Made by a program: the position numbers and the translations under genes. This document shows, piece by piece, positions 7,774 through 16,907 of a stretch of 64,000 bases of DNA. This DNA is from Candidatus Magasanikbacteria bacterium CG1_02_41_34 (GTDB lineage: Bacteria > Patescibacteriota > Patescibacteriia > Magasanikbacterales > UBA922). The stretch's first letter is position 1. Each line of letters begins with the position of its first letter. The notes under the pieces are model-generated. The model was not told the DNA's origin, made no database searches, and saw nothing but the letters and a program-made list of their open reading frames with translations. The stretch covers positions 8,808 to 72,807 of the forward strand of contig MNVD01000025.1 in assembly GCA_001871445.1 (NCBI GenBank), given 5' to 3'.

Positions 7774-8556
7774 ATGAACCAAACAACCCTCGACACCCTA
7801 AAAAAAGCAGGCATGGATGAAAAAACTGCCGAAATGTACCTTATTTTAGCAGAAAATGGGGAGAGCACCGTGCCTCAGATCCTAGAGCTTACACAGCTTT
7901 CTAGGGCCACCGTGTATGACGTGCTTCCACAGCTCCTCGCAGATGACTTTATTGAATATAGAAAGGATGGCCGAGTGGCCTACTATAGAGCCGTCCACCC
8001 CACAAAGCTCCTCGAGCTTCTGGATCAAAAAAAACGCCAACTCTCACTGCTCGAAGAAGAAATGACAGAGACTGTCCGCCAAGTAGTTGGAAGTTTTCAG
8101 CTGGCAAATAGTAAACCAGGAGTGAGGTTTTTTGAGGGAATTGAAGGCATTATGGAAGTCATAAATGATTCCCTGAGTGCAAAAGGAGACATCCTCACGT
8201 ATCTTGATGTCGAAGCAACTCAAAAGTATATATCAGGGCAAAATAAAGAGTATGTCAATAAACGTGTGGAGCTAGGCATTCACAAAAGAATGATCGCTCC
8301 CAACACACCAGCAACCAGAGAACGATACAGAAATTACAATCCAAATATTGAAGTGCGTCTCATGCCGCCAGATATAAAACCTTTTGAAACGAGTGTACAG
8401 ATGTACAACGACACAATTTCTTTTTCGTCACTCGATGAGGAAAAAATGATTGGAGTTCTTATTGAAGACAAGAAGATAGTCCAGCTACACAAATCTATTT
8501 TTGAATTCGTCTGGAAATCATTGCCAAAACTCACGTATTCTGACTCTGAGACCTAG
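7774..8556 (+). CDS. TrmB-family (sugar-specific-type) HTH transcriptional regulator
   Basis: The N-terminal winged helix (LILAENGESTVPQILELTQLSRATVYDVLPQLLADDFIEY) plus the C-terminal effector domain match TrmB-like regulator architecture. A paralog is at 59581-60306. Confidence 0.65.
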   Translation: MNQTTLDTLKKAGMDEKTAEMYLILAENGESTVPQILELTQLSRATVYDVLPQLLADDFIEYRKDGRVAYYRAVHPTKLLELLDQKKRQLSLLEEEMTETVRQVVGSFQLANSKPGVRFFEGIEGIMEVINDSLSAKGDILTYLDVEATQKYISGQNKEYVNKRVELGIHKRMIAPNTPATRERYRNYNPNIEVRLMPPDIKPFETSVQMYNDTISFSSLDEEKMIGVLIEDKKIVQLHKSIFEFVWKSLPKLTYSDSET

Positions 8557-10876
8557 GCAGTCTCACCATTCGTATGTATTCCTTGCCGGTTTTTTGATTC
8601 TCGTAAGGTGCTCCATCCACAACAAACTGAAGCTGATCGCGATAAAGCGCGACTGCATTTTTATTTTCAGTACGAACTACAAGTGAAATAGATTTCCGTG
8701 GATCTTGTCTATCAAGTATTTCTGAAAAAAATGCGCTTCCTATATGTAACCCCTGCACGCCCTTCATCGCATTTACAAAACCGGTGTACAAATTTCCATC
8801 TTCAGTGGTATCAAATCTTGCAAAGGCCACCACTGTGTCATCTTTTTTTAGCATATATATCATATGCCCTGATTCAGTCATCACAGGATCAAATTCTCCT
8901 TCTACTCGTTGCTTTGCAAATTCTGATGAGACATCAAGCCTGTTATCGTGAAACATTTTGCGAAGTTCCTCACGCTCAGACGAAGTAAGGTCTGCACTAT
9001 CTTTCTGAAGAATGTCTACTCCACGCATTGCTTCAAAATCTACTTTTTTCTGACTTGCTGTCATTTCTTTGAACAACACCCCAAAAGAAAAAACATTCGC
9101 ACGTAAACTCTGCAATTGAATCAAATATTGTTTCCTTTTTTTCTCATCTGCATGCAACAATGTATCAAGGAGTGCATACGCGCGAGAAGCAATCTGATCA
9201 GTAATCCTTGGAATATTTACTTCTTGGTCTCTCTGTCCATCCAGATAAAATTCTTTCACTCGCGCATCGACAACATCCAACTCAGCAATAATTTTATTAT
9301 ACAAAATAAATACTGTTTCTTTTGTATGTTCTTCTATGCCTTCATCTTCGGCAAAAGATACAATAGCAGCACCGATATTTGCATTTTTCTCTGATGCAAT
9401 AAACACACGGACCCCATAAATCCCATATGTCTCTTTCAATTTTTTTGCCTGTTTCCATTCTTCCGTAGTGGAATTTTTCCAATACTGAAACATCCACACC
9501 TGCTCTCGGAGCGTAAGATCACTCATCCTGATGCCACCAATTTCACCAAACACTTTTTCATAAAAATCTGTATAGTCTGCGAGAAATTGTTGACGAATAT
9601 CATCAGGAGTATCAGCATCAGAAAAAAGTAAATCTCTCGACACTTCTAGCAAGGCAGCATCTTGTTCGGACACAATATCAGCTAATTCCCCTAGCTTAAA
9701 ATAGGAAATAAGTCCACCTTGCTTATCAAAAATTCCAACTTTTCCATCCACTGTAATACGTCTTGCATTTTCCGCTTTTGAAATGTCTCCCTTTAAAACA
9801 AAACTTTTTTCCAAATATGTGACGACTCCTTTTTTGATTCCAATTTTACCAGCTTCAAGTCTGTGCCAAATTGCATTTGCCGCCGATCGAATAAATCTAT
9901 CCTCATGTGTCGCAAGTCCTTTTGTTTGCAATTGATCTATTGTATATTGGGAGTCTATCTGACTGCATGCCGTTGCTATCACAGGAATGAAATAGGCACT
10001 TTGCTTTTGCATAAATGACAAAAGAGCATCAACGCTTCGATGTGTACCCTGCTCACCTATTCTACGAATGAGTTGATAGATGCGATAAGAACTTACGTTA
10101 TCAAAATATCTATTTGCTGAGACATCCAAATCAGCATAGGCATCATTGCCTTTGAGGTCAACATCACTATAAAACATTCCCCCTGATCCTAACTCCAAAT
10201 TTTCACCTAAGACATCCAAGAGGTCAACAAAAACTTCTTCCCACTCTGAGGCATATTGTGGGTACTGCGTAGCTAATCTGTCAATTGTTTCAATCAATTG
10301 ATATTCAAAACGGTCTTCATCCGTCGGACTACTTATTGTCTCAATATTCTCATTCAAAAATTTCATTCCGCGATCCTCACCGACCTGTTGCAAAAAATCG
10401 CTTGCGGCTCTCCTTTTTAACTCTCTACTTTTATGAAAGTTCCCTAAAATAGGTTCAAGGTTGGATCCATATGGAGGCTCAACCAACATATTTTGTATAA
10501 CAACTTGAATCTCTGCAACCAGGGCACGTATATCTCCATTTTTCTTTTCCAAAATATATGACAACATTTCTGGACAGGGGATCTCTTCCTCGCTGGTCCG
10601 AATGTTACTCATTAAAAGAAACTGCAATGTGCCAAGATCTATATTGTTTAATGCCTCTTTTGCTTCACGAATCTTGTGATTTTCTGAATAGTCACCATAG
10701 CAAATGTCCCCCAATGTTTTTGGAGAGTATTCTCTTATTAATGTATTTCTCAACTGTCCAAACTCTTCATGCAACATATCCTGTTCTTCTGCGGAGTCAG
10801 TTACTTGGTCACTTGTTTGATCCATTGGATCTTCCAAATGCTGTGTAAATTGTGGATCATTATCCATACGATACAT
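8531..10876 (-). CDS. Large hypothetical protein (781 aa) with a C-terminal GNAT-like acetyltransferase fold
   Basis: The C-terminus (VVAFARFDT...GFVNAMKGVQGLHIGSAFFSEIL...ISLVVRTENKNAVALYRDQLQFVVDG) resembles GNAT motif A (Q/R-x-x-G-x-G/A). The N-terminal 600 aa are acidic with no recognised domain. Confidence 0.55.
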   Translation of the reverse strand: MYRMDNDPQFTQHLEDPMDQTSDQVTDSAEEQDMLHEEFGQLRNTLIREYSPKTLGDICYGDYSENHKIREAKEALNNIDLGTLQFLLMSNIRTSEEEIPCPEMLSYILEKKNGDIRALVAEIQVVIQNMLVEPPYGSNLEPILGNFHKSRELKRRAASDFLQQVGEDRGMKFLNENIETISSPTDEDRFEYQLIETIDRLATQYPQYASEWEEVFVDLLDVLGENLELGSGGMFYSDVDLKGNDAYADLDVSANRYFDNVSSYRIYQLIRRIGEQGTHRSVDALLSFMQKQSAYFIPVIATACSQIDSQYTIDQLQTKGLATHEDRFIRSAANAIWHRLEAGKIGIKKGVVTYLEKSFVLKGDISKAENARRITVDGKVGIFDKQGGLISYFKLGELADIVSEQDAALLEVSRDLLFSDADTPDDIRQQFLADYTDFYEKVFGEIGGIRMSDLTLREQVWMFQYWKNSTTEEWKQAKKLKETYGIYGVRVFIASEKNANIGAAIVSFAEDEGIEEHTKETVFILYNKIIAELDVVDARVKEFYLDGQRDQEVNIPRITDQIASRAYALLDTLLHADEKKRKQYLIQLQSLRANVFSFGVLFKEMTASQKKVDFEAMRGVDILQKDSADLTSSEREELRKMFHDNRLDVSSEFAKQRVEGEFDPVMTESGHMIYMLKKDDTVVAFARFDTTEDGNLYTGFVNAMKGVQGLHIGSAFFSEILDRQDPRKSISLVVRTENKNAVALYRDQLQFVVDGAPYENQKTGKEYIRMVRLPRSQSQNT

Positions 10877-10938
10877 CTATAAAAACAACCACCACAAAAT
10901 TTGTGATGGTTGTATTGTATCAAATTTTCCTAGTAAGT

Positions 10939-13155
10939 CTACCGTCCGCCGTATGGCTTTCGTGGTCCACGAGATCCACCGTTGCGATCACCCCCGGTTC
11001 TCGGTGGTCGAGGTGGCGGAGGCACATAGCCTTCTGGCTTTTCAGTGAGTTCCTTCATGGTGAGGTTCACACGTCCAAGATTGTCAATTTCTTTTACTTT
11101 TACCTTTACTTTGTCCCCAAGCTTCAATACATCGCTTGGTTTATCTGTTCGTCCCCATGAAATTTCACTCACATGGACAAGCCCGTCTTTATTTGGTGTG
11201 AGTGAGACAAAAGCTCCGAAGTCTTCGATACGAACGACTTCTCCGTCATAGATTTCTCCAGCTTCGACCGTCTTTGTAATCATCTCAATCTGACGAACTG
11301 CTTCTGCCATAGCATCTGCATCGTTTGATGTGAGGAGGACACGACCATCTTGTTCGATGTCGATCGTAACGCCTGTTTCAGCAGTAAGTTTTTTGATTGT
11401 CTTTCCACCAGGTCCGATAATATCTCCAATTTTCTCTGGATCGATCTGAATGGTCACGATGCGTGGCGCGTATTCAGACAATTCTGCTCGTGGCTCTGCA
11501 ATGACGGCTTTCATGCGTTCAAGAATTTCTCTTCGAGCGACCACAGACTGAACAAATGTTTGTTCCACAATGTCCCACGTGAGACCTTGTGTTTTTGTAT
11601 CCATCTGAACAGCGGTAATACCATCGTATGTTCCAGCGATTTTGAAATCCATACCACCTTTGCCATCTTCTACATCTTGTAAATCGGTAATCACTTTCCA
11701 TTTGCTAGACCCATCAAGATCAGATGCAAGTCCCATCGCAATACCAGCAACGGCTTTTTTCATCGGAACGCCTGCTGCCATGAGTGAGAGTGAAGACGCA
11801 CAAGTCGATGCCATAGAGCTCGATCCATTGGATCCGAGGACTTCACTGGTTGTACGAATAGCGTACGGGAATGATTCTTCGAGAGGGAGCATGGGTTCTA
11901 CTGCGCGCTCAGCGAGTGCACCGTGTCCAATAGCTCGTCGACTTGGTCCACGCATCCATCCTGTCTCACCATAGGTAAATGGCGCATCAGAATAATGGTG
12001 CATGTATCGCTTCAGCCCGTCTTCCATCATGTCGTCGAGAAGCTGGATGTCTCCAGGCGCACCGAGTGTGACCGTGGTCAAGACTTGTGTATCTCCACGC
12101 ATAAACATAGCCGAGCCATGCACGCGAGGAATCAAATCCACTTCAATATTGAGTGGGCGAACTTCTGTCAATGTACGTCCATCAAGTCGTTGATCTTTTT
12201 CTAAAATTCGTTTGGTAATTTCTGCACCGACAAGATACTGCACTTTTTTCAAGACAAGCTTTACAATATCTTCTTCAACGCCCTGTTCGAGCAAATGTGC
12301 ACTTGTGGCTTCTTCGATAGCACTTACCATCGCAACACGTTCTTTTCGTCCTGTTTTTACAGAATCAAACATCATCGTGTCAGCAACAGATACAAGAAAT
12401 GCCTCTGCTTTCTTTTTTGCGTCAGCGACGTCGGTTGATTCTCCGGCATCAGCAGACGGATATACTTTTTCTTGTCCAATCTCTGATTGGACTTGTTTGA
12501 TAAGCTCAATGACAGGTTGCAATTCATTGCAGCCCCACTTCATAGCATCTACAAAGTCAGTATCAGTGATTTCTGTTGCGCCTGCTTCTACCATGACAAG
12601 TTTTTCTGGTGAGCCGGCAACAATCATATCAAGATCTCCTTCTTTGACCATCTCGTCGGTTGGATTGAGAATAAATGCTCCATCCTTACGACCAACTGCG
12701 GCTCCACCGATAGGACCATTCCAAGGAATGTTTGACATGGTGAGTGCAGCTGAGGCAGCAATGAGTCCTACGGCTTGTGTTTCTGCGGTGCCATCAATAG
12801 AGAGTGGCGTCAGAATCACCTGGATTTCATTTCGCATGGTGTCATCAAACAGCGGTCTGATAGATCGATCGATAATACGACCAGAAAGGACCACCCAATC
12901 ACTTGGGCGTCCTTCTCGTTTCATAAAACGTGAGCCTTTGATTTTTCCTGCTGCAGAAAGTTTCTCTTGAAACTCGACAGAGAGAGGAAAAAAATCCATG
13001 TCACTCTTTCGACTCGACATGATGGCCGTTGCCAAAATCATCGTGTCTCCATAACGAACAGTACAGCTTGCATTCGCTTGGAGGGCAAGTTTGCCGACTT
13101 CTATCGTCAGCGTGCGGCCTCCCCATTGGGTTGACCATTGTTTTACATCGAGCAT
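10939..13155 (-). CDS. pnp: Polyribonucleotide nucleotidyltransferase (PNPase)
   Basis: Two RNase PH domains plus KH and S1 (...GDKVKVKVKEIDNLGRVNLTMKE). It has an unusual C-terminal P/RGG-rich tail (PPPPRPPRTGGDRNGGSRGPRKPYGGR). Confidence 0.95.
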   Translation of the reverse strand: MLDVKQWSTQWGGRTLTIEVGKLALQANASCTVRYGDTMILATAIMSSRKSDMDFFPLSVEFQEKLSAAGKIKGSRFMKREGRPSDWVVLSGRIIDRSIRPLFDDTMRNEIQVILTPLSIDGTAETQAVGLIAASAALTMSNIPWNGPIGGAAVGRKDGAFILNPTDEMVKEGDLDMIVAGSPEKLVMVEAGATEITDTDFVDAMKWGCNELQPVIELIKQVQSEIGQEKVYPSADAGESTDVADAKKKAEAFLVSVADTMMFDSVKTGRKERVAMVSAIEEATSAHLLEQGVEEDIVKLVLKKVQYLVGAEITKRILEKDQRLDGRTLTEVRPLNIEVDLIPRVHGSAMFMRGDTQVLTTVTLGAPGDIQLLDDMMEDGLKRYMHHYSDAPFTYGETGWMRGPSRRAIGHGALAERAVEPMLPLEESFPYAIRTTSEVLGSNGSSSMASTCASSLSLMAAGVPMKKAVAGIAMGLASDLDGSSKWKVITDLQDVEDGKGGMDFKIAGTYDGITAVQMDTKTQGLTWDIVEQTFVQSVVARREILERMKAVIAEPRAELSEYAPRIVTIQIDPEKIGDIIGPGGKTIKKLTAETGVTIDIEQDGRVLLTSNDADAMAEAVRQIEMITKTVEAGEIYDGEVVRIEDFGAFVSLTPNKDGLVHVSEISWGRTDKPSDVLKLGDKVKVKVKEIDNLGRVNLTMKELTEKPEGYVPPPPRPPRTGGDRNGGSRGPRKPYGGR

Positions 13156-13360
13156 AGATCAGCTTGATTTAGATGCTGATCTGGAAAAGATAGATCTTTA
13201 CCGTGCATCCATCTGGTGCACTGGCTTGAGACCTAGATTTCTCAAGATCAGCGTAAATAATGTACTACGTACTACGTAGAAACGTAAGAAGCAATCTACA
13301 TATTACTTATTACTTGCTACGTATTACTTCCATGAAGGAAGAACAAAATTGTTTTTCTCA

Positions 13361-13936
13361 TTACTTGGTTTTTTCTTCTGCTCTCCGTCGTTTTGCCGCC
13401 ATACGATCTGGAATGGTAAACTTTGCTTGGTCGTGTGAAAGGTCAATAAAGTCATCAGCGCTTTCGATCAACCACCCTGAGGTGGTCTCGCCAAACGCCA
13501 CAACTTCAACTTGCTTTCCAGAACTTTTTTGCAAATATTCCACCAGCGGCACATAATCTCCATCACCAGACACAATAATAACAGCATCGAGACTTGGCGC
13601 AAGACGGATAGCATCGACGGTAAGCCCCACATCCCAATCTGCTTTTTTGTTTCCAGAGCTAAAAATTTGCAAATCCTTTTCTCGTGTTTCAATACCAAGA
13701 TTGTACAGTGCTTCGAAGAATGGTTGTTCTTCCTGTGTCTCTGTACGGACAACGTATGCAATCGCACGAATAAGTTTTCTGCCTGCAACAGCTTCCTGTA
13801 CAATGTTGCCAAAATTGACTTTCTTGCCAAACAAATTTTTGGCAGAATAGTACATGTTTTGCACATCAATAAACACCCCGACACGTTGCTCGGGGTGTTT
13901 GAGTGGATTCTTATTTTTCTGTGGTTTCTGAGTCAT
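13361..13936 (-). CDS. NYN-domain (LabA/DUF88-like) protein, a predicted RNase
   Basis: VGVFIDVQNMYYSAKNL...AIAYVV...DAVIIVSGDGDYVPLVEYL shows the NYN/LabA signature. It is inserted between rpsO and pnp. Confidence 0.7.
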   Translation of the reverse strand: MTQKPQKNKNPLKHPEQRVGVFIDVQNMYYSAKNLFGKKVNFGNIVQEAVAGRKLIRAIAYVVRTETQEEQPFFEALYNLGIETREKDLQIFSSGNKKADWDVGLTVDAIRLAPSLDAVIIVSGDGDYVPLVEYLQKSSGKQVEVVAFGETTSGWLIESADDFIDLSHDQAKFTIPDRMAAKRRRAEEKTK

Positions 13937-14252
13937 CTGTAATATCTACGGTTTCTTCTTTTTTTACAGGCTTCGCAAGTTTTTTCGCTTGCTTGAGTTT
14001 GAGGTCAATGACCAATGCTTCGTAGCCTTTATTATCTTCTTTTTTCAAATAACGGAGGAGTCTTCGTCGTTCTCCTACTTTGCGGAGAAGTCCTCGTCGT
14101 GAAGAATGATCCTTGTGATGTTTTTTCAAATGATCGACCAATTCATCGATCTCTGTTGTCAAGATAGCAATCTGCACTTGACTTGATCCAGTGTCGCCTT
14201 CGTGGGTTTGATACTTTTTGATCACGTTCTGTTTTTTTCGCTTTGTAAGCAT
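13911..14252 (-). CDS. rpsO: 30S ribosomal protein S15 with a roughly 25-aa K/E-rich C-terminal extension
   Basis: MLTKRKKQNVIKKYQTHEGDTGSSQVQIAILTTEIDELVDHLKKHHKDHSSRRGLLRKVGERRRLLRYLKK... is the S15 signature. The start is taken at the MLTKRK ATG at 14252. The ORF-track start at 14417 is probably too long. The gene overlaps the NYN gene by 26 nt. Confidence 0.8.
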   Translation of the reverse strand: MLTKRKKQNVIKKYQTHEGDTGSSQVQIAILTTEIDELVDHLKKHHKDHSSRRGLLRKVGERRRLLRYLKKEDNKGYEALVIDLKLKQAKKLAKPVKKEETVDITDDSETTEK

Positions 14253-14456
14253 ACATGCATTATGGTTACTAGGCCGCTCTGGGGCATGTCCGAAGAGAGT
14301 CCAGTCCCGAGGTACTCGGGATATATTAAAAACAGGATTACTATAGCACATTTCAGCCTTCTTGTCAATGGCAGAAAAGATAGATTTGCTAATATTAGCC
14401 AAAAACACGAACGCCACCCCTCTTCCAGCAGGGTGGCGTGTTTCTCCTTGTTGACC

Positions 14457-15182
14457 TCATCCCATGATGGCGGCGTACGTCCCGTACGACGCCAGCGTGA
14501 TGAAGAAGTTGTCCCACCAAGGGACGTACGCTTCCGCAAGCCCTCCTGCCAGTACAGCAAAGTATTGAGTCATGAACGTTGACGCACCGAGCGTTAACGC
14601 ACCAGTTGCGACAAGACCAAGGTCCAAGAACAACACCATGAGTGATGCCACGAAGATGAAGCTCAAAAAACCTGCCCAGGTCTTCTTATCCTTGCGACCC
14701 GGCAAGTAAGCCCCTTCGATGCTCTTGCCACCGATTCGCGCTGCAGGATCGCCCCACGACAAGATCGTCATGATGAAGAGGGCTTCTATCATCGGTGCGT
14801 GAAACACCAGACGAATGACGACAAGCCCGAGCAGGTAGCTGGACATCGCTGTCAGCTTTCCGCGTTCCTTCGGTCGAATGAACCAACGAGCGATATGCTT
14901 GTAGAACCACTCATACCAATTCGCGTACCAGATGCCAGGCGCCCACTTCTTCGAAGTCCAGTAGCCGGTGATCATGAAGGTCTCCACGACCGGCACGGCG
15001 ATACCGAAACCGATGAGCGTTGCATCGATATCGGCGTCAGTCACCTGTGGCATGACGACGAGTACGAATGCTACAACGTTGAAGATGATGTGCAGGAATG
15101 CACGTCCGAGCTCGAGCTCAGGCTTCTCGTTCGTAGTCGACTTCTTCTCAACGAAATTCTTCGAGTTCACATTGCCCTCCAT
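14457..15182 (-). CDS. Polytopic membrane protein, possibly in the CTP-dependent polyprenol/dolichol kinase or CDS-like family
   Basis: Multiple TM helices. Motif LSWGDPAARIGGKSIEGAYLPGRKDKKTWAGFLSF. The family assignment is tentative. Confidence 0.5.
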   Translation of the reverse strand: MEGNVNSKNFVEKKSTTNEKPELELGRAFLHIIFNVVAFVLVVMPQVTDADIDATLIGFGIAVPVVETFMITGYWTSKKWAPGIWYANWYEWFYKHIARWFIRPKERGKLTAMSSYLLGLVVIRLVFHAPMIEALFIMTILSWGDPAARIGGKSIEGAYLPGRKDKKTWAGFLSFIFVASLMVLFLDLGLVATGALTLGASTFMTQYFAVLAGGLAEAYVPWWDNFFITLASYGTYAAIMG

Positions 15183-15309
15183 TTGGCAGAAAGTGATACA
15201 TGGTATGTATCATGTGGAGAAAAAAAATACAAGCAACTCAAGTAAGCAAGTAAACAAGTTAACAAGTATTTGTATAAAAAAACTAGTCACGAAATGACTA
15301 GCTTCCTTG

Positions 15310-15810
15310 CTACTCTTTCATCAAAAGTCCCGCTGTCAACGCCACACCCAGTGCATCAGCTGCATCATCCGGCGTTGGTCTTTTTTTGAGTTCTAGTTGT
15401 ATACGAATCATTTCTTGGAGTTGTCCTTTTTCTGCACGACCATACCCAACAATCGCTTGTTTCATTTGAAGTGGCGTAACTTCCTGCACAGGAATGCCGG
15501 CTTCGTGCAAGGTAAGAAGAATAACGCCACGAGCTTCACTTACTTTCATGCCTGTTGTTACATTTTTTGCAAAAAATAATTGTTCTATGCCTGCCTTTTC
15601 TGGCTGATATTTTTTTATTATTTCCAAAAGATCGTGTTTTAATTCCACAAGTCGCTCGGCAAAATCCGCTTTTGTATTTGTCTCGATACATCCATGTGCC
15701 ACATGTACCCACGCCCCACGTTCACCATCAATAACACCATAGCCAATACGTCCATAGCCGGGGTCAATTCCTAATATACGTTGTGATTTTTGAATTGACA
15801 TAAAAAACAT
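15310..15810 (-). CDS. ruvC: Holliday junction resolvase RuvC
   Basis: ILGIDPGYGRIGYGVIDGE... through the C-terminal DAADALGVAL is the RuvC catalytic signature. The RBS AAGGAGG sits 5 nt before the ATG. Confidence 0.9.
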   Translation of the reverse strand: MFFMSIQKSQRILGIDPGYGRIGYGVIDGERGAWVHVAHGCIETNTKADFAERLVELKHDLLEIIKKYQPEKAGIEQLFFAKNVTTGMKVSEARGVILLTLHEAGIPVQEVTPLQMKQAIVGYGRAEKGQLQEMIRIQLELKKRPTPDDAADALGVALTAGLLMKE

Positions 15811-15960
15811 ATTCCCCTCCTTACCAAGGAGGGGTTAGCCCGCCTGCAATCCCGATTGAATCGGGAAAGCATTGCGGGCAGGGGGAGGTTTCGCATTATC
15901 AGTGTTCTTCTTTCTGCACAACCCCACCTCAATCCTCCCCTTCGTAAGGGGAGGAAGCTT
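15811..15960 (-). repeat. Multi-hairpin palindromic intergenic repeat, copy B, between yebC and ruvC
   Basis: Core 15839-15884 is the reverse complement of 7564-7609 (46/46). Flanking hairpins are cctccccttcgtaaggggagg and cccctccttggtaaggagggg. The second hairpin contains the ruvC Shine-Dalgarno. Confidence 0.6.
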
Positions 15961-15962
15961 TG

Positions 15963-16700
15963 TTATTTTTCATTTGTATATATCTCATTCACATCGTCGA
16001 GCTCATCAAGTGCGTCGTAGAGTTTTTCCATTTTTTCTGCAGTGTCAGCATCCACAGCGACTTCTTCTTTTGCCACCCACTTGAGTCCTGCATCTTCTGG
16101 TTCTGTAATACCACATGTTTTCAATGCTTCAACAACAGATTGAAACTTATCCATTGGACAACGCGCTTCGAGATGTTCATCAAATTCAAGAATATCCGAT
16201 GCACCAGCATCTATCAAAGCAAGATCAAAATCATCTCGTACAGTATTGTTTGTCGCCAATTGATTATTGCTTATGGCAATAACACCAAGTCGTTCAAACT
16301 GCCATTGCACACTGCCTGGCCCTCCCACAGACCCATAATGTTTTGTGAATGCATTTTTTACTTCTGAAACCGTTCTATTTTTATTGTCTGTCAACGTCTC
16401 TACAAGAACCGCTATACCACCCGGTCCATATCCCTCGTAAATAATTTCTTGAATTTCCTCGCCATCCTTCAATTCACCTGTCCCTTTTTTAATAGATCGA
16501 TCAATATTATCTTTTGGAACATTGCCTGCTTTTGCTTTTTCTATCGCAAGACGAAGCGAAAAATTCATTTCAGAGTCTCCTCCATCTTCTTTTGCTGCCA
16601 TCGTGATGGCCTTGCACAATTTCGTAAACAAATTCCCCCGCTGTGCATCTGCCTTTCCTTTTTTGTGTTGAATTTTACTCCATCTTGAATGTCCTGACAT
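15963..16700 (-). CDS. yebC: YebC/PmpR-family DNA-binding transcriptional regulator
   Basis: MSGHSRWSKIQHKKGKADAQRGNLFTKL... is the YebC signature. It has the conserved yebC-ruvC synteny. Confidence 0.9.
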   Translation of the reverse strand: MSGHSRWSKIQHKKGKADAQRGNLFTKLCKAITMAAKEDGGDSEMNFSLRLAIEKAKAGNVPKDNIDRSIKKGTGELKDGEEIQEIIYEGYGPGGIAVLVETLTDNKNRTVSEVKNAFTKHYGSVGGPGSVQWQFERLGVIAISNNQLATNNTVRDDFDLALIDAGASDILEFDEHLEARCPMDKFQSVVEALKTCGITEPEDAGLKWVAKEEVAVDADTAEKMEKLYDALDELDDVNEIYTNEK

Positions 16701-16861
16701 AGATATTCATATAACATATAACATGCCATGCTGGCAGGTAGGTAGCCTATAACAATTACAGAACTGCACGTATATTATATTACAGTAAATTGAAAGGAAA
16801 TCAAGATCTTGCATAAAAAAACAAAAATCTCAGAAATCCATAAAACCCAAACAAAAAAACA

Positions 16862-16897
16862 GCCCCGATTCAATCGAGACTGCTTTTTGCTACTTGA
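16862..16897 (-). terminator. Intrinsic terminator of rpoC
   Basis: Minus-strand sense cagtctcgattgaatcggggctg plus a T7 run. The stem is a degenerate copy of the cccgattgaatcggg core. Confidence 0.5.
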
Positions 16898-16907
16898 TTC
16901 GTGTACT

